A stretch of 64,000 bases of DNA from Lama glama. Its lineage: Eukaryota. The notes beneath the pieces are model-generated. The model had not been told where the DNA came from. It saw only the letters and a program-made list of their open reading frames with translations, and did not search any database. Shown here in pieces: positions 10,533-23,062 of this stretch; the stretch's first letter is position 1, and each line of letters opens with the position of its first letter. The stretch is taken from assembly GCA_028534125.1 (NCBI GenBank), contig JAPYYK010000086.1, forward strand, positions 434,001 to 498,000. Direction: 5' to 3'. The position numbers and the translations under genes were made by a program.

Positions 10533-12482
10533 CTGAAAGGTACAGAGCATTACTGTTTCCCAAATCACTGGGAGGTAGGTCAGTTGGAATAAGAAAAATT
10601 TTTGAAAAATAAATGTACACAAGTTAGAACTGGATTCAATCCCTGTGGGTATATTCACACTCCCAAGATATCTCCACCTGGGACTGGATTAGAGAAAATG
10701 GTTTCTGCAATGGACACTTCTATAACAAGTGTGTATTTAGCAATGCAGTTTTCAAATGGTCTTCTACTTCTTTTATTTCAATAGTTTCTAAAAAAATCTT
10801 GAAAAGAGGACAATTTTGTTGTTGTTGTTTCTTTCTCACAACCTTTAAATCTTCTTGCACTCTGTTTGCTTAGTGAACACGGTTTCATAGAAGGCCGGCC
10901 TCGGCTGGGGTAGGAACTTTGGCCTGGGAGCTGCTCCTGGATCTGCCCCAAATCAGGTACAGAACAGGGACATCCCTCTTAACCTCCCGGAGCCTTATTT
11001 TGCTGATCTTTAAAGAGAGCGCAGCACAACAGGGCAGCTCACCAGACTGTTAAAGAGACGCAGTGGCCTCCATGCTGAAGAAATTGCAATTTCGTAGGGT
11101 TTGTGTTGGAGGTTAAATTGCTCACTGGGTAAATCCCTACTCCCGGCACAGAGCAGATGCTTTATAGATATTGGTTAAATAAATGCAAAGTCAGGAAAAG
11201 TATGGATTTAAATGATCTCAGTGAAATGTTAAATTTCAAAGCCAAATTTTGGACTTCAACTTGTATTGCTGTTTTGAAACTTCCTGTGAAACAGCAGTCA
11301 TTTGAAAATAAAAAGTTCAAAACAACAACAAAATGGTCTCAGAAAAGTGCAGGCATTCCCATGCCTCTAAAGAGAGCATCAGCTGTCGTGTGCAGTAAGC
11401 CTCGAAAAATGGGAGGATCTGTGGTGGAGGACAAGTGTGGCTGCTGACAGAGGTCAGATGCATAGGGTCTGAAGAAGACAGACAAACAAAAACAAACAGA
11501 ACAAACAACCGAACATAACCACTCACTCACACAAATGCACACACCCACCATGAATTAATTTATAGGAAAAGAAAACTTCCAAGAAGGTTTTGTGGCTTCA
11601 GATTCTTCAAGTTGCTAGATACAGTTATACTTGGCACATTGGATTACTTTTTAATATTAAAAAAAACTAACTAGTTTTCTTTCACATGATCAATAAATTG
11701 GATCATGATAGGATCCAAATGAGAAGGCAAAGTTTCCATCTACAGCTAATTTTATGTTCTGAGAATTAAGGGAGAAGTTTTGATTGCTCAGTTATACGAT
11801 CCAGAACTTAAGATATACAATGTATAGAAAAATGTATTGCATTTTTTTCTAGAGTTAACTTTCTCTGATGGTTTTGTTTCAATCCCAAGAGAATCACAAA
11901 AGTTGAAAGTTACAATGTGTTGCTATTATTAACACTTTCGTCAAGAACACATTTTAATAGCATTTAATTCTATTTTTTCCCCCAAATAAAGTCAATAGTG
12001 TGGGAAGCGTTATGTAAGTGGTTAATTTTTTCCCACGTATAAGTTTTTCTCTTCTTAGTCATGTAAACATTTTAAACAGCAGAGTGAAGTGAGGAAGGCT
12101 CTTTGAGCAGCTCTAGGTTACAGATGGACTCAGGCAAGCATCTTCTGTGCACTGGTGCTAATTTTATGCACTGCTCACGTCTTTGGGAGATGTCACTAAA
12201 CACAAGAATTTATGTGACTAGGAGGCTGTAAAATGGGGCAAGCTAGTGTTTGTGCTTTCAGTCTTGGACCATTTGAATTAAGTGAATAAATATTTACTGG
12301 TATTTATCATTGATGCACTAAATAATGTAAAGCACAGCTGTGATCAGTAACTACCAGAAAGGCACGTGGCACATCAAGAGCACGTAACTGGAAGAAGTGA
12401 TGTAATACGCTGGATCAGAGAAGGCGTCCCTGAGGAAGACGATGCTCATGCCCAGGTCTGAAGAATAAGAGTTAACTAGACA

Positions 12483-12997
12483 ATACCCAAGAGAACTTAA
12501 AACACGTCTGCACAAAAACACACACACATATGTTCATAGCAGCATTATTCCCAGTAGCCCAAAGCAGAGAACCTAAAATGTCCATCAATTGAGGAATAAA
12601 TAAACCAAGTGCAGTTTATCCATACGATGGAATATTATTCAGTCATAAAAGGAAATGAAGTACTGGTTTGTGTTACAACCTGCATGAATCTTGAAAACGC
12701 TATGCCAAGTGAACGGAACCAGACACAAAAGACCCCTTATTGTATGATGGTGTTCGATGAAAAATCCGTAACAGGCAAGTCTGCAGAGACAGAAAGTAGG
12801 TTTGTGGTTGCCGGGGGCTGGGGGAGCAGAGAGTGAAGAGTGACTGCTATGGCGTACAGTTTTGGGGGTGATGACATGTTCTGTAGTTAGATGGCGGTGA
12901 TGGTTGTGTAACTTTGTAAGTATACTAAACATCACTGAACTGTACACTTTAAGAGGATGAATTCCACAATGTGTGAATTATATCACAATTTTAAGAA
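12483..12997 (+). mobile_element. L1MB-type 3' end inserted in an L2 remnant
   Basis: TGTTCATAGCAGCATTATTC, ATGGAATATTATTCAGTCATAAAAGGAAATGAAGTACTG, GAACTGTACACTTTAAG. Confidence 0.88.
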
Positions 12998-13181
12998 AGA
13001 ACCAGCTGGACCAAAAAAACCTCAATGGAGTGGAACCAGTCTTCAAGCAGGAAGAACTGCAGGAAGCCCAGCATTTATTAAGCAGAGAGCCAAGGGGCTG
13101 TGGGAGAGGATGCTGGAAAAAGGAAGGATTCAGACCAGACAGAGCCTCATGGCGTGTTACACATCCTTTCTCCTTACTCAC

Positions 13182-13484
13182 GGCTGCTCTTCATTATTGT
13201 GTTGATCTTAGCATCTTCTGATGTACACTTTAATACCTCTACTTGACAAACCTCGATTGTCATTTTTTTCTCACAAAGCATTCTCCCTTCAGTCAATTTT
13301 ACTTCCTTGTCCCTGAAACATACCGTGTTCTTTGCACCTGCACATCTTTTCCACACCTCCAATACTTGGTCTGACCTGTTCCACATTCCAGGGAAGAGGC
13401 GGCATGCAGCCCAGAAGTCGGCAGCCCTCCTGCTCACTCGGCACAACACTTGAGTGATCATTTTGGACAAGTGAGGTGAGGTTC
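13182..13484 (-). CDS. Candidate 303-nt symmetric exon (phase 1-1, about 100 open codons: GTSPHLSKMITQVLCRVSRR...KINTIMKSS)
   Basis: ttctaat...ctgtgtttag|GAACC...AGCC|gtgagt; the frame is open across the exon and closes 2 codons into the intron; no homolog recognised. Confidence 0.3.
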
Positions 13485-14584
13485 CTAAACACAGTGTTGA
13501 CTCATTAGAATAAAAATAGACCTGACTTTCTGTGAAAAATAAAGTCTGAGAGATTTGGCTTTTGAAGGCTTTATGTTCAGGATTCTGGGAAAGGAGGGGA
13601 CGTAAAAGAACCTCAAGAGAGGATCGATCTTGAGACAGGAAGTAAGACCCAAGAATGGGGTCTGACTACGGGAGGACCCCTGGGAAGGCTTGGACTTCTG
13701 TACCGTCCTTCAGGTTTGAGGAGCAGTCATACTGCACACCCAGCTTCAAGTCCTTTTCCCTCCTACATTGTAATTATCACAATTAACAGTTACACCCCAA
13801 CTACTAGATCATTGATTGCTGGCTGGCTCCTGGTTTCTTTCTTTCTGGGTGCCCTGAACTTATTACCAGTCACTCTCAGGACCATTCCCAAGGCAGAACG
13901 AAAGCTTTCTGGTTGATTGAGTCTAAAGAACAGAATATAGTTCTTCATATGAAATGTGTTCATGAGTGTCTCTTGTGTACCAGACCCATGTCTAGGTGCC
14001 GGTGATTCTGGAATACAGAAAACCAATTCCCTGACCTCATTCCGTAGCCCTCTGAAATATTTACTGAACATCTTCCTCTTGCCAGGCACTGTGCCACACA
14101 CTGGAGTAGAAAAGAAGAAACTCAAAACAGCTTCTGGTAAATCCTGCTTAATGGCAGTGCCCACTGCTTTGTGGAAAACCAGAGCAAACTAGAATGACAG
14201 TGATGTATTGGCTGAAGGCTAAGGTACCTCTGGTTCCTAACATAACAGCTAGATTGGCCAGTTCTAGGTCTCCCCTAGCAAAGATACTTGAACAAGCATC
14301 CTTCTTCTCTACTAAAGGAGAGCAACCATATCCCATCTAGTACCCCATCCTCAACCCTTGGTGGGGGAGGAAGTCTCAGAATTGGAATCTGTTCTACTGA
14401 TGTTAAGGTCATTCTCCGGAGACACAAAGATGAGCATCTAGGCTGGGTCTACAGACTTAGACTCTGTCTGATGGATTCCGCGTATAGCTCACATCTACAA
14501 CTGGGCTCAGTTTCCTCGGGAGAAATATGGGGCAACAGCTCAGCTTTATAGTTTATCATGGGAAAAGAGTGGACTTTTAAAAAT

Positions 14585-14975
14585 ACTTTTTATTTTGAAG
14601 GAGTCTGACTCAAAAGAGGTGAGTCCCGGGTACCCATCACTCAGCTTCCTCAAAGATAGTATCTTGCAGCACCATAGTAAGTGTCAAAAGCAGGAAACTG
14701 ACATGGGGACACTACTGTTAGCTTAGATATACACCTTATTCAGATTTCACCAGCTTTTGCATATACCCTTTCCCTCGAGGTCTACAGCTCTAGGAAATTT
14801 TTTACTACATACGTAAGCTCTAGTAACCATAGCCAAAATCGGGATACAGAACTGTTCTAACACCACAAAGAATTTCTTTCAAATTATCCCTTAGTAGTCA
14901 TACCCTCCTCCCAACCCTAACCCCTGGCATGGCAACCACTGGTCTCTTCATCATTGTAATTTTGTCCCTTTGAGA
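14585..14975 (-). mobile_element. L1MC/L1MD-type 3'UTR fragment
   Basis: TTATTTTGAA start, CCTTATTCAGATTTCACCAG, CCCTGGCATGGCAACCACT. Confidence 0.7.
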
Positions 14976-15217
14976 AAATTGATCAGTTTAAAAAAAAATA
15001 AGTTCAGTGACTTGCTTAAAGGACAAGTTTAACTGCATTTTTTTTTGAGTGGGAGGGCTTATAATCAATCCTATTTTCTGCTGTACAAACACTCTTCTCC
15101 TTCGCTGTGGCTTCCCCCTTTTACATTTTCCACTTAAAAATCCCTGAACAGACCCTCATCCCTGAGCTAATCCATCTCATGGATTTCAGATTTCTTTGTT
15201 ACTTTGCGGTCCCCAAC

Positions 15218-15296
15218 CTATCACTGGCCCTGGCGCCGTAAGAAGGAAAAGATTAATGTATGTTTCTATCAGGCCCCAGAGCTCAGCATGTTCATG
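15218..15296 (-). other. Candidate exon with two acceptors: 79 nt (HEHAELWGLIETYINLFLLTAPGPVI, phase 0 to 1) or a 12-nt microexon at 15218-15229
   Basis: Strong tract ttttcttctttttcctcttttttcctccccaaactag| and an inner tract cttttccttcttacggcgccag|; shared weak donor TAG|gttggg. Confidence 0.22.
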
Positions 15297-16599
15297 CTAG
15301 TTTGGGGAGGAAAAAAGAGGAAAAAGAAGAAAAGCAATCTAGAGAGTCGTGCTTCACGTCCTCTCGGGCTGCAGCAGAGCAAATAGAGACTCATTTCAGG
15401 CTTTGGGGATTTGGGAAAGAAGCTAAAAGTTAAGGCCATGAAGACATTGCAGAGACATTTGCACACACAGCCTGCTTGACACAGATTGATGTTGTACGTG
15501 ACTCCTTAAAAAGTAATTTTTTAAAATGTGGATTGAAGAAAAACCAAAACAAAGCCTAAGACTATGAGCACACTTTACTGTGACACTTCTCGTATGTTCA
15601 GTGGGAGTGACTGTCTTTCCATGGAAACCCTGTGGGAACAGCCGGAATGTTCCGCAGTTACGAGGCGTGATCTGGAGCAAGATGGTGAAGAGACAGTTTC
15701 ACAAAATGCTATGCCATGTTACAAGCCTCCTCAACATGGAGAAGCTGCCAGAAAAGAAAGAAACGCTGAGGGATGCTGCCAAAAGTGTGCACGTCTAAAA
15801 CATTTCCCTCTATTATTATTAAAATGTTCTGGAAGGCTCACTATAAAGGAAGCAGGCTGAACACACTGTCTTTAGTCCTGTGCTTTGACATAAATATAGA
15901 TATGCTTCCACAAAGTGAAGAATTAAATACGTAAGCACCAAGAAGTAGGGTAAGAGCTGTTAAATAGTTCTTCAAACAAATTTAATTTTTTAATTTAATG
16001 GTATTGTTGAATTCTCTAGACGAATTTAATTTTTAAAAATTTAAGTGCGTTTTAATGTAATTTTTTCCACCAACAAATATGTTCAACTTTGTTTCAATTC
16101 AGCTGAACAAACAGGTGGGGAATGTCCACGTCCAGGTGCAGGCACTGTATTACTAACTACGTTCCTCTGTGGAAGCAGAAAGGAAAGGAGACTCTCCAGA
16201 AGGTCTATAGATGTCACCCCCTGGCCAGTGAAAGGAAGGATGTAAGCACTGAGGGAGGGGCTAGACTTCCCAGCACCAGACCATCCTGCACAGAAGCCTG
16301 GGCTCCAAACCTCTTGTCAAAGTGTAGCTTTTACCTCATTCCCTGCCACTCTCCAAAGAACTGAAAAATTCCCTCTGGAAGGTCAGTCTGTCCTCATGAA
16401 TGTGTTCGAAGTATGTGCGGCCACTCCTACCCCTGCTTTTCTCTTTTTCACCTTCCTCCCTACTCCTGATGACAGTTATCTCCCATCCTCTTCTTGAACG
16501 GTCTAATATTCACCCTAACTTCAAAGGGTCAGCTGAAATCCCAACAGAAAACTTTCTCACCTTCCAGCCAACTCCCAGGCCCCTCAGAAGTCCCAGGGG

Positions 16600-16800
16600 A
16601 AGGAGCCGACATCTGCTAAATACCCATTAAGGGTCAAGTGCTTAGTGTGTGTTATCTAGTTTAATCCTGGTCATGAGGTGAGAAAGACACTACTCTCCTT
16701 AAGATGAAGACAAAAGAGCTCTCAGAAACGTCATCATGCCCTTATTTTGATACAGCTGGGGGTGGCTGAGGCCCTCAGTTCCAGTTCTAAAGCCCATGAC
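16600..16800 (-). mobile_element. MIR SINE
   Basis: Reverse MIR core-like: TTATCTAGTTTAATCCT...AGATGAAGACAAAAGAGCTC. Confidence 0.55.
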
Positions 16801-18059
16801 CTTTCACCATCTGGCCTTGCTGTCTGTTTCTCCCATTTACCACTTCTTACTCCCATGTGGTATTTGTGCTTAGTTTTTGATAAGTCTCTGACTTGTCTAG
16901 CTCTTCTGATTATCAACCTCTTTGGAGCAAGGACCTCATCTTTCCAAACATTTATCACTCACAGCACCCAGAATGCCTTTTAAACAGAAACAGCTCAATG
17001 ATAATTGTTTGGTTGGGTTTTTTTCCCCCCACTTTGTTCCCTCCTCATACAACTGTAGGTTTGCCTGACTGAAGAATCTTTAAAACAGCTTAAGAGGATC
17101 CCTTCTCAAACCTACGGAGTCAACTGCACGCAGTGAGCAGGAAATACCCAGCCATTCCAGCAGCTCCTCTGGGCAAGGACACCAGAGACAGGCAGGCTGG
17201 GCGCCCGGCGTGCTTACTGGCATCCACAAGAGAGCTGCGGAGGTTGGAAATCAACCTCCAGGCCCCACATTGTACAGATGAAGAGACAGGGGCCCAGTGG
17301 GGTCAGCCCCCTTTCTCAGCTGAGTGTTCTTTTCCTCTGTGTCTCAGAGCCCTCTTCTCCAAATTACTTATTTTTCCCCTGACTACGGAAGCATGCATTC
17401 TCAGTGCCAAAACTGTGACATGCACTAAAAAGTAGGAAAAAGAGGACAGAAATACCCCAGTGATCCCACCACGTGGTGACGACAACGCGTCTGTCTGGGG
17501 CGCTGCACGCTTTGCCCCGACCTTGTTTCCTGTCTCATCTCACGCGGCTCGCTGCCTGGCTTCCGTTCTCTCCAAGGGCTCTGCTCATGCCCACTTCAAG
17601 CTTCTACCCTGGCTCTTTGTCCCACTGCCTCCTACCCTGCGTCTTTCCCCCTCCAGCTCCTTGACCTTTAATTCTCAGCTTTATCATCTCTTCCTGGGAG
17701 GAGGCTGCCCTGATCAGGCTAGGCTAGCTTCCCTCTCCCCGGTTTCTTTGCACCATGTATCTCTCCTTGACTGGACTGGTCAGCTCTCTAATAACTCCTG
17801 TCCCTTTGTCTTCCCTTATGATGCTGCTGTCCTTTTGACCTCTAGTAACAACCGCTGTGCCCACCATGTCTGCCAATTAGATGCTTGGTTGTGGAAAGAA
17901 TGAGTAAGTATTATGACAGTCTGTTTTTCTTCCCTTCCTCCTTCGCTCTCCTCCCTCTCTCCCCCCTCATCTCTCTCTCTTCCCTTTTTCTCCACACATA
18001 CACACATCCACTTAATTATGATCATAATTCATTTGATAAAAATTTACTAAGGCCTGTGA

Positions 18060-18340
18060 AAATTTGCATACTCTTTTTTTTATAGATAATGTAGCATGAG
18101 CAACTTACCATTACAAAAGGTTTTTTTTTTTTTTGGTGAAAGGCATTTTTAAATAATTGAATACTCTAGTATATAAATGTAATAGGATTTACATATTTCC
18201 CTTTTATTGGCCATTTAAGACATTCGAGGTTTTCAAAATATAAATAATACTGTAATAAATGTGCAAACAGCTGTCTGCATTTTGGATGCTTTTTTTTTGG
18301 ATAGATTCCTAAAAGTGGAATAACTGGATTAAAGTGAAAA
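18060..18340 (-). mobile_element. L1ME fragment
   Basis: TTGGATAGATTCCTAAAAGTGGAATAACTGGATTAAAG is the reverse of an L1 3' motif. Confidence 0.6.
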
Positions 18341-18459
18341 ACATCAAAAACAAAACAAACAAACAAAAGCCTGTCTTAAAACACAGGGCTAATCGTTTTC
18401 AGAAGGGAAGTTTATTCTTGCACTGGCAAGAGTGAATGGCCCTCAGCAGTAAAACTGAC

Positions 18460-18527
18460 CTTGACTTCTGCAGTCATGGGCCAGGGTCACCCAAGAGCAA
18501 CTCAATGGAAAAAACTGTTGACCAAAC
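18460..18527 (-). other. Candidate 68-nt exon (phase 2 to 1 open, or ATG-initiated MTAEVK)
   Basis: atattttaatag|GTTTGG...CAAG|gtcagt; good donor, modest acceptor. Confidence 0.2.
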
Positions 18528-18789
18528 CTATTAAAATATTTCTTGCAACCTCCCAATATTTGCTTTTAACAGTCCTACTCTTCTCTGCTTATTCAAGCAC
18601 TATTCATGCTCCAAGCTCTGGTTTAAATCTTGTTTCTTCAATGAAAGCTTAGCTCACTTTGCACTTAGCATTCTTAGGCATCTTTGTTAACCTTAATGTT
18701 AAGGAACAAATGCTTGAACCTTGTCTAATTTTTTTATGGTGTTCAGCAGACTGCCTAGTATGCAGGAGAACTCCTTAAGACGTAAAGAC

Positions 18790-20025
18790 TGATTGGCAGA
18801 TGTGGTGAAGTCCTGTTCCTTTTATTTGGGGAACTTTCCCTTCTCTGACTGGTGGGAGCTGTCATTCATATGGTTCCAGCTTTCCCAACTCAGGGTTGAA
18901 CATGTAACAATTCAGATTCTAATTTCCCCACATCAAGCACTTCTCCAACACCAGCTAGGCATCCTAATATTCAACTCAATTCTGACACTATCTTCCTGGG
19001 AATGGTGTCAGATCCCACAGGGTAGGGGCTCAGTCATACAAAATGCCCCACCCTTCTTCATCAGGCCCCAGTCCCGCAGATTGTGAGCTTTGTTTCCCAA
19101 TGACTGGCTATAGACTGGAGATTCCAATGATTCCCCACCTTGGGTTTGATTAATTTGCTAGATGGGCCCACAGAACTGAGAGAAACATTTTACTCACTAG
19201 GTTACTGGCTTACTATAAGGGATATAACTCAGAAACAGTCAGATATAAAAGATACATAGGCAAGGTATGGAGGAGGGCCTGGAGCATCAGTGTTCTCCAG
19301 GTGTACCACTCACCCGCCTTTCCATGTGTTCACCAACCTGGAAGTTCTCAAAACCCTGTTCTTTTGGGGGTTTATGGAGGCGCCAATATACAAGCATTAT
19401 TGGCAAATCATTGGTCATTGGTGACTGAACTAGTCTCCAGCCCCTCTCCCCTCCCTGAAGGTGGGGAGGCTGGGGGACTGAAAGTTCCAACCCTCTAATC
19501 ACAGGATTGGTTCCTCTGGCAACCAGCCCCAGTCCTTAAGTGCTTTCTGAATGTCACCTCATTAACATAACAAAACACCTTTATCACTCTCAACAGTTAC
19601 AAAATTCCAAGGGTTGAGAAGCAGGGATGACAATCAGATACGTATTTCTTATTATAAATCATATCACCCAGATGAGCCAGTAAGAGCTCTTCCTGGGACT
19701 TTTGCTTGAAGCTATTGAGCACAAAAAGCCTTTCTGTTAGAATACCAGCTGGGGGCACAGTGTAGCTTAGAGCTCCTGGCAATCAGGTTTCCATCCCCTG
19801 GACTAAGCCCATCTGAGAATAAAAGCAAGAGGGAGGGAAGCAGAGCCCAGGGAGGAAGAGAGAACCCAGAAGACCTCATTTGAGTATCTGAATCCAACTA
19901 TTACGAACGTACAAACCCTGTCCCACTTACCTGACGCAGTAAGCTCTCCTCTCCTTTTTATTTTCTTAAGTTAGTTTGGCTTGAGTATCTGTTACTTGTT
20001 ACTAAATGATTCCTCACTAACATAA
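18790..20025 (+). mobile_element. Old MLT1 LTR interrupted by a MER21-type LTR
   Basis: MLT1-like 5' part at 18790-18902 and 3' part at 19670-20025 ending GTATCTGTTACTTGTTACTAAATGATTCCTCACTAACATA. Confidence 0.55.
18903..19668 (-). mobile_element. MER21-family solo LTR
   Basis: AATTCTGACACTATC, CAGATCCCACAGG, TTGATTAATTTGCTAGA, CACCAACCTGGAAGTTCTC, CTAATCACAGGATTGGTTCCTCTGGCAACCAGCCCC, TATTTCTTATTATAAATCATATCAC. Confidence 0.85.
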
Positions 20026-20899
20026 CCCTACTGTAATGGACAGTAGTGCACATTGAAATAAACACATCATCCTGTCTAGTTGCCATTTTAAATTCAACAC
20101 TGTTCATTTTTGGAATGGGAGTAACGTCCTAATTCCCAAGAAAGGTTAATCTTTATGAGTTTGTAAGCCCTTAAGAATACTCTTCCATCTAGTGTTTGCC
20201 TCTTGGCTCTCATACTTCCCTCAAGCCATCTTACTCCTATTTGACTTTCAGAAAATGAAACTTGGTGATTTCAAATTACATTTTAATTATTTCTTTCATA
20301 ATAAACCAAATTAAATTTTAAAAGCTAAAGACATTTCCTGCTCTTGAACTTAAAAATGTAGCTTTTAATGAAATCTGCTGTACTTTTTAAAATTTTAATA
20401 AATTTTCCACATCTCACCACGCAGCCTATCTTTTTTTGAAAAAGATTATCAATGTTTAATTTCCCTTTATTATGATGTTCTTTTTATGAGAATAATAGAG
20501 AAACTTCTCTTCTGCTTAGGTATTTCCTGGCAATTTATGTTCTAATTTCATCTCTGACAAACTTTGGTTTAAGCTTTACAATTCTAGTTAACTGAGTGTT
20601 TTTCTTCCTAAGATACTCTAAACTCAGTCAAAAAAAATCTGACTGAAGCCGATTATCTCCAGAAGAATCACACTAATTTGTGAGGTCCCGATTTTGTAAC
20701 ATAGTCTGTCCGATGCCACTCTATCCACTGGTCAAAGCTTGAGTCATTCCTTGTAAATTCATCTTGACTTTGCATCAGACAAGTTTCTCCAAACTTGTCA
20801 ACTATCCATATGTTTCTTTTTACCCTCTGAATTGCATCTGGGATTATCTTCCCTTGAAGTGGAACTACATGAAACAAATTAAATATTTTTATTGCTTAT

Positions 20900-22030
20900 C
20901 CACACATACTTCTAAAAAGTCATGTAATATTCAAGTGTGGGAAATAGATATAAAAAAATCCCATGAAAGAACCATCATTAAATTCTGTGTATAATTTTCC
21001 AGACTTTTATGTATACAGACATAATCTGAATCAAACCATACGTACTGTTCTATATGTGCTCCCCTGCCCAACATACACAGATATAGCATATCATGGTTAT
21101 TTCTGCAAAATTATTTCATGCAGTTACCCCTCATTGCTTACATGGTAGCTCAGTATCCTTTTGGATGAATGTACCTTAATATAACCTATCCTCTTCTAAT
21201 GGACATTTAGTTTGTTTCCAGGTTTGTGCTATTATAAACAGTGTCTTGACAATCATTATATTTTATATATATATATATAGACCCAATTAGCAGATAATTT
21301 CCTTAGATATTAAACAAATATAAACGTCTAAGAAGCAACATCTTAGATTACAGGGTACGTACATTTAAAATTGTAATGCCTATTAACAGATAGTCCTCCA
21401 AGAAGGTTATAAGACATAACACACTCACCATGATCACAGAATAGGGTCTATTCTCTCACTATTAAAACCTCTAGGTCAGTGTTTCTCAAAGTCTGGTTTA
21501 GGAACCACCTGCCTTAGATGGTGACACAGGTACAGCCAGTTAACTAGATGGTAACTGAAATGGGTTGAGTGTAGGAATCTCTATTTTTATGTTTGAGAAA
21601 CACTATCCTGGCCATATCATCATAAAGGTATTTATTGAACAGAATGGTTAAAGATTTATTCTCATCTTCTAAGAGACATTTATCTATATACCTTTTCATC
21701 TATCTATTGGTTATTCCTTTATCTCAACTGCCAGTATATCTATTTTGTCCATTTTTCATTTGGGATGGAGTTTCGTTTTTTTGATTGATATAATCTTATT
21801 AAGGATATTAACTTTCTCTTAGTCATATATCTGACAAATATGTGTTTTTGCTTTAGTTACCTGTGTGGTGGGATTTATTTTTCACCACATAAAAGTTTAT
21901 AGTTTTCGTGCAGTCAAATCATTCATTCTTCCTGACGTTCCCAGCCCTCCTCTCCACCCAATATTCAACACATTTTTTAGATTATCTTTTGCTACTTACA
22001 TTTTTTTAAACCAACCTAAACCTTTTTTTT
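20900..22030 (-). mobile_element. L1ME fragments with a nested MER5
   Basis: TAATGGACATTTAGTTTGTTTCCAGGTTTGTGCTATTATAAACAGTG and related reverse L1 motifs. Confidence 0.6.
21477..21605. mobile_element. MER5-like hAT-Charlie MITE
   Basis: Terminal inverted repeats CAGTGTTTCTCAAA ... TTTGAGAAACACTA. Confidence 0.75.
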
Positions 22031-22040
22031 TTTGTATATA

Positions 22041-22225
22041 CAGTTGACTCATGAACATAGGGGTGAATTTGCATGTAATTTATAGTTGGCCCTGAAACTC
22101 CTGGGTTCCTCTCCATCCGCAGATTCAACAAACCAGGGACCATGTAGTAGTGAAGTATTTACCACCAAAAAATATCTGCATATTAGTGAACCTGTGCAGG
22201 GCCCATTGTGGTCAAGAGTCAACTG
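22041..22225. mobile_element. Tigger2-family MITE
   Basis: TIRs CAGTTGACTCATGA ... TCAAGAGTCAACTG with TA target duplications at 22039-22040 and 22226-22227. Confidence 0.85.
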
Positions 22226-22957
22226 TATTTTTAAGATTAAAAAGCTAATTTTCTAAACATTATTTACTGAACAATTTCCTAACATTCCTAGAAGTCTGAT
22301 GCCACTCTGATAATTTTCTTTGTCTGTATAACAGTTTTTTAAAATCTTAGAATTCAGAAATTCTATCAGAATAAGTATATATTCATTTATTTAGTGCTTG
22401 GAAAGCTTGATCAATATTAAAAAAGTTTCTTGTCCTTTTTTTAAACCCAGAGATACTATCTTTTAGTTTTTTTTTTCAAACTGTTCTTTCACATACTCTG
22501 TTCCCTTTACAATTTCTATCACATGGAAGAAATCTGATGGTACATGGCTTTCCTCCATGTCAATTCTATTTCTAAAAGTCTGCATAGATACTTTTAGGAA
22601 ATAACAAGTTTTTGCACATAGATAATTATCTAGCTATTATTTATATTCATATAAAAAGGGAACTATTATTCATTATTTTTTTTCAGCCAGGAAATACGGG
22701 CATGATGAACTAAGGATAACATAAGAAAATACTTTGGTTTCCCTGTTCAGAGGAAAAGAAGGCTACACACTTGTATGTAGTAAGATTACCACTACATACA
22801 CAGCGGCAAAATCCATGCCAGGAAGCACACCAAGATCATGACCCTCATCCCTGATATGTGAAGACTGTGGATGATTATTTTTTCTGCTGCTTTTCGGAAT
22901 GCTTTCGTGTGCTTGCAGCATTCTTTTATAGTGGGAAAACTCAGTACATACTCTTAC

Positions 22958-23062
22958 TTTAAAGATAATTATGAGCACCAAGTCAGCATCCATCATTTCT
23001 CTGAGTTAAATAAACAATCACCCTGGTGGTCTGGGAAGCCTCTGCCTGAACGAATCTGGCAG
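22958..23062 (-). other. Candidate exon: 105 nt with stops, or 41 nt (23022-23062; LPDSFRQRLPRPP, phase 0 to 2)
   Basis: Strong tract ccaatttttctctctttccttgcaaag|; donors AGG|gtgatt (23022) and AAA|gtaaga (22958). Confidence 0.3.

Noticed and set aside
17239-17259. Perfect 8-bp hairpin GGAGGTTG-GAAAT-CAACCTCC
   Set aside because: Short stems are expected by chance; it sits at a MIR edge with no RNA-gene context.
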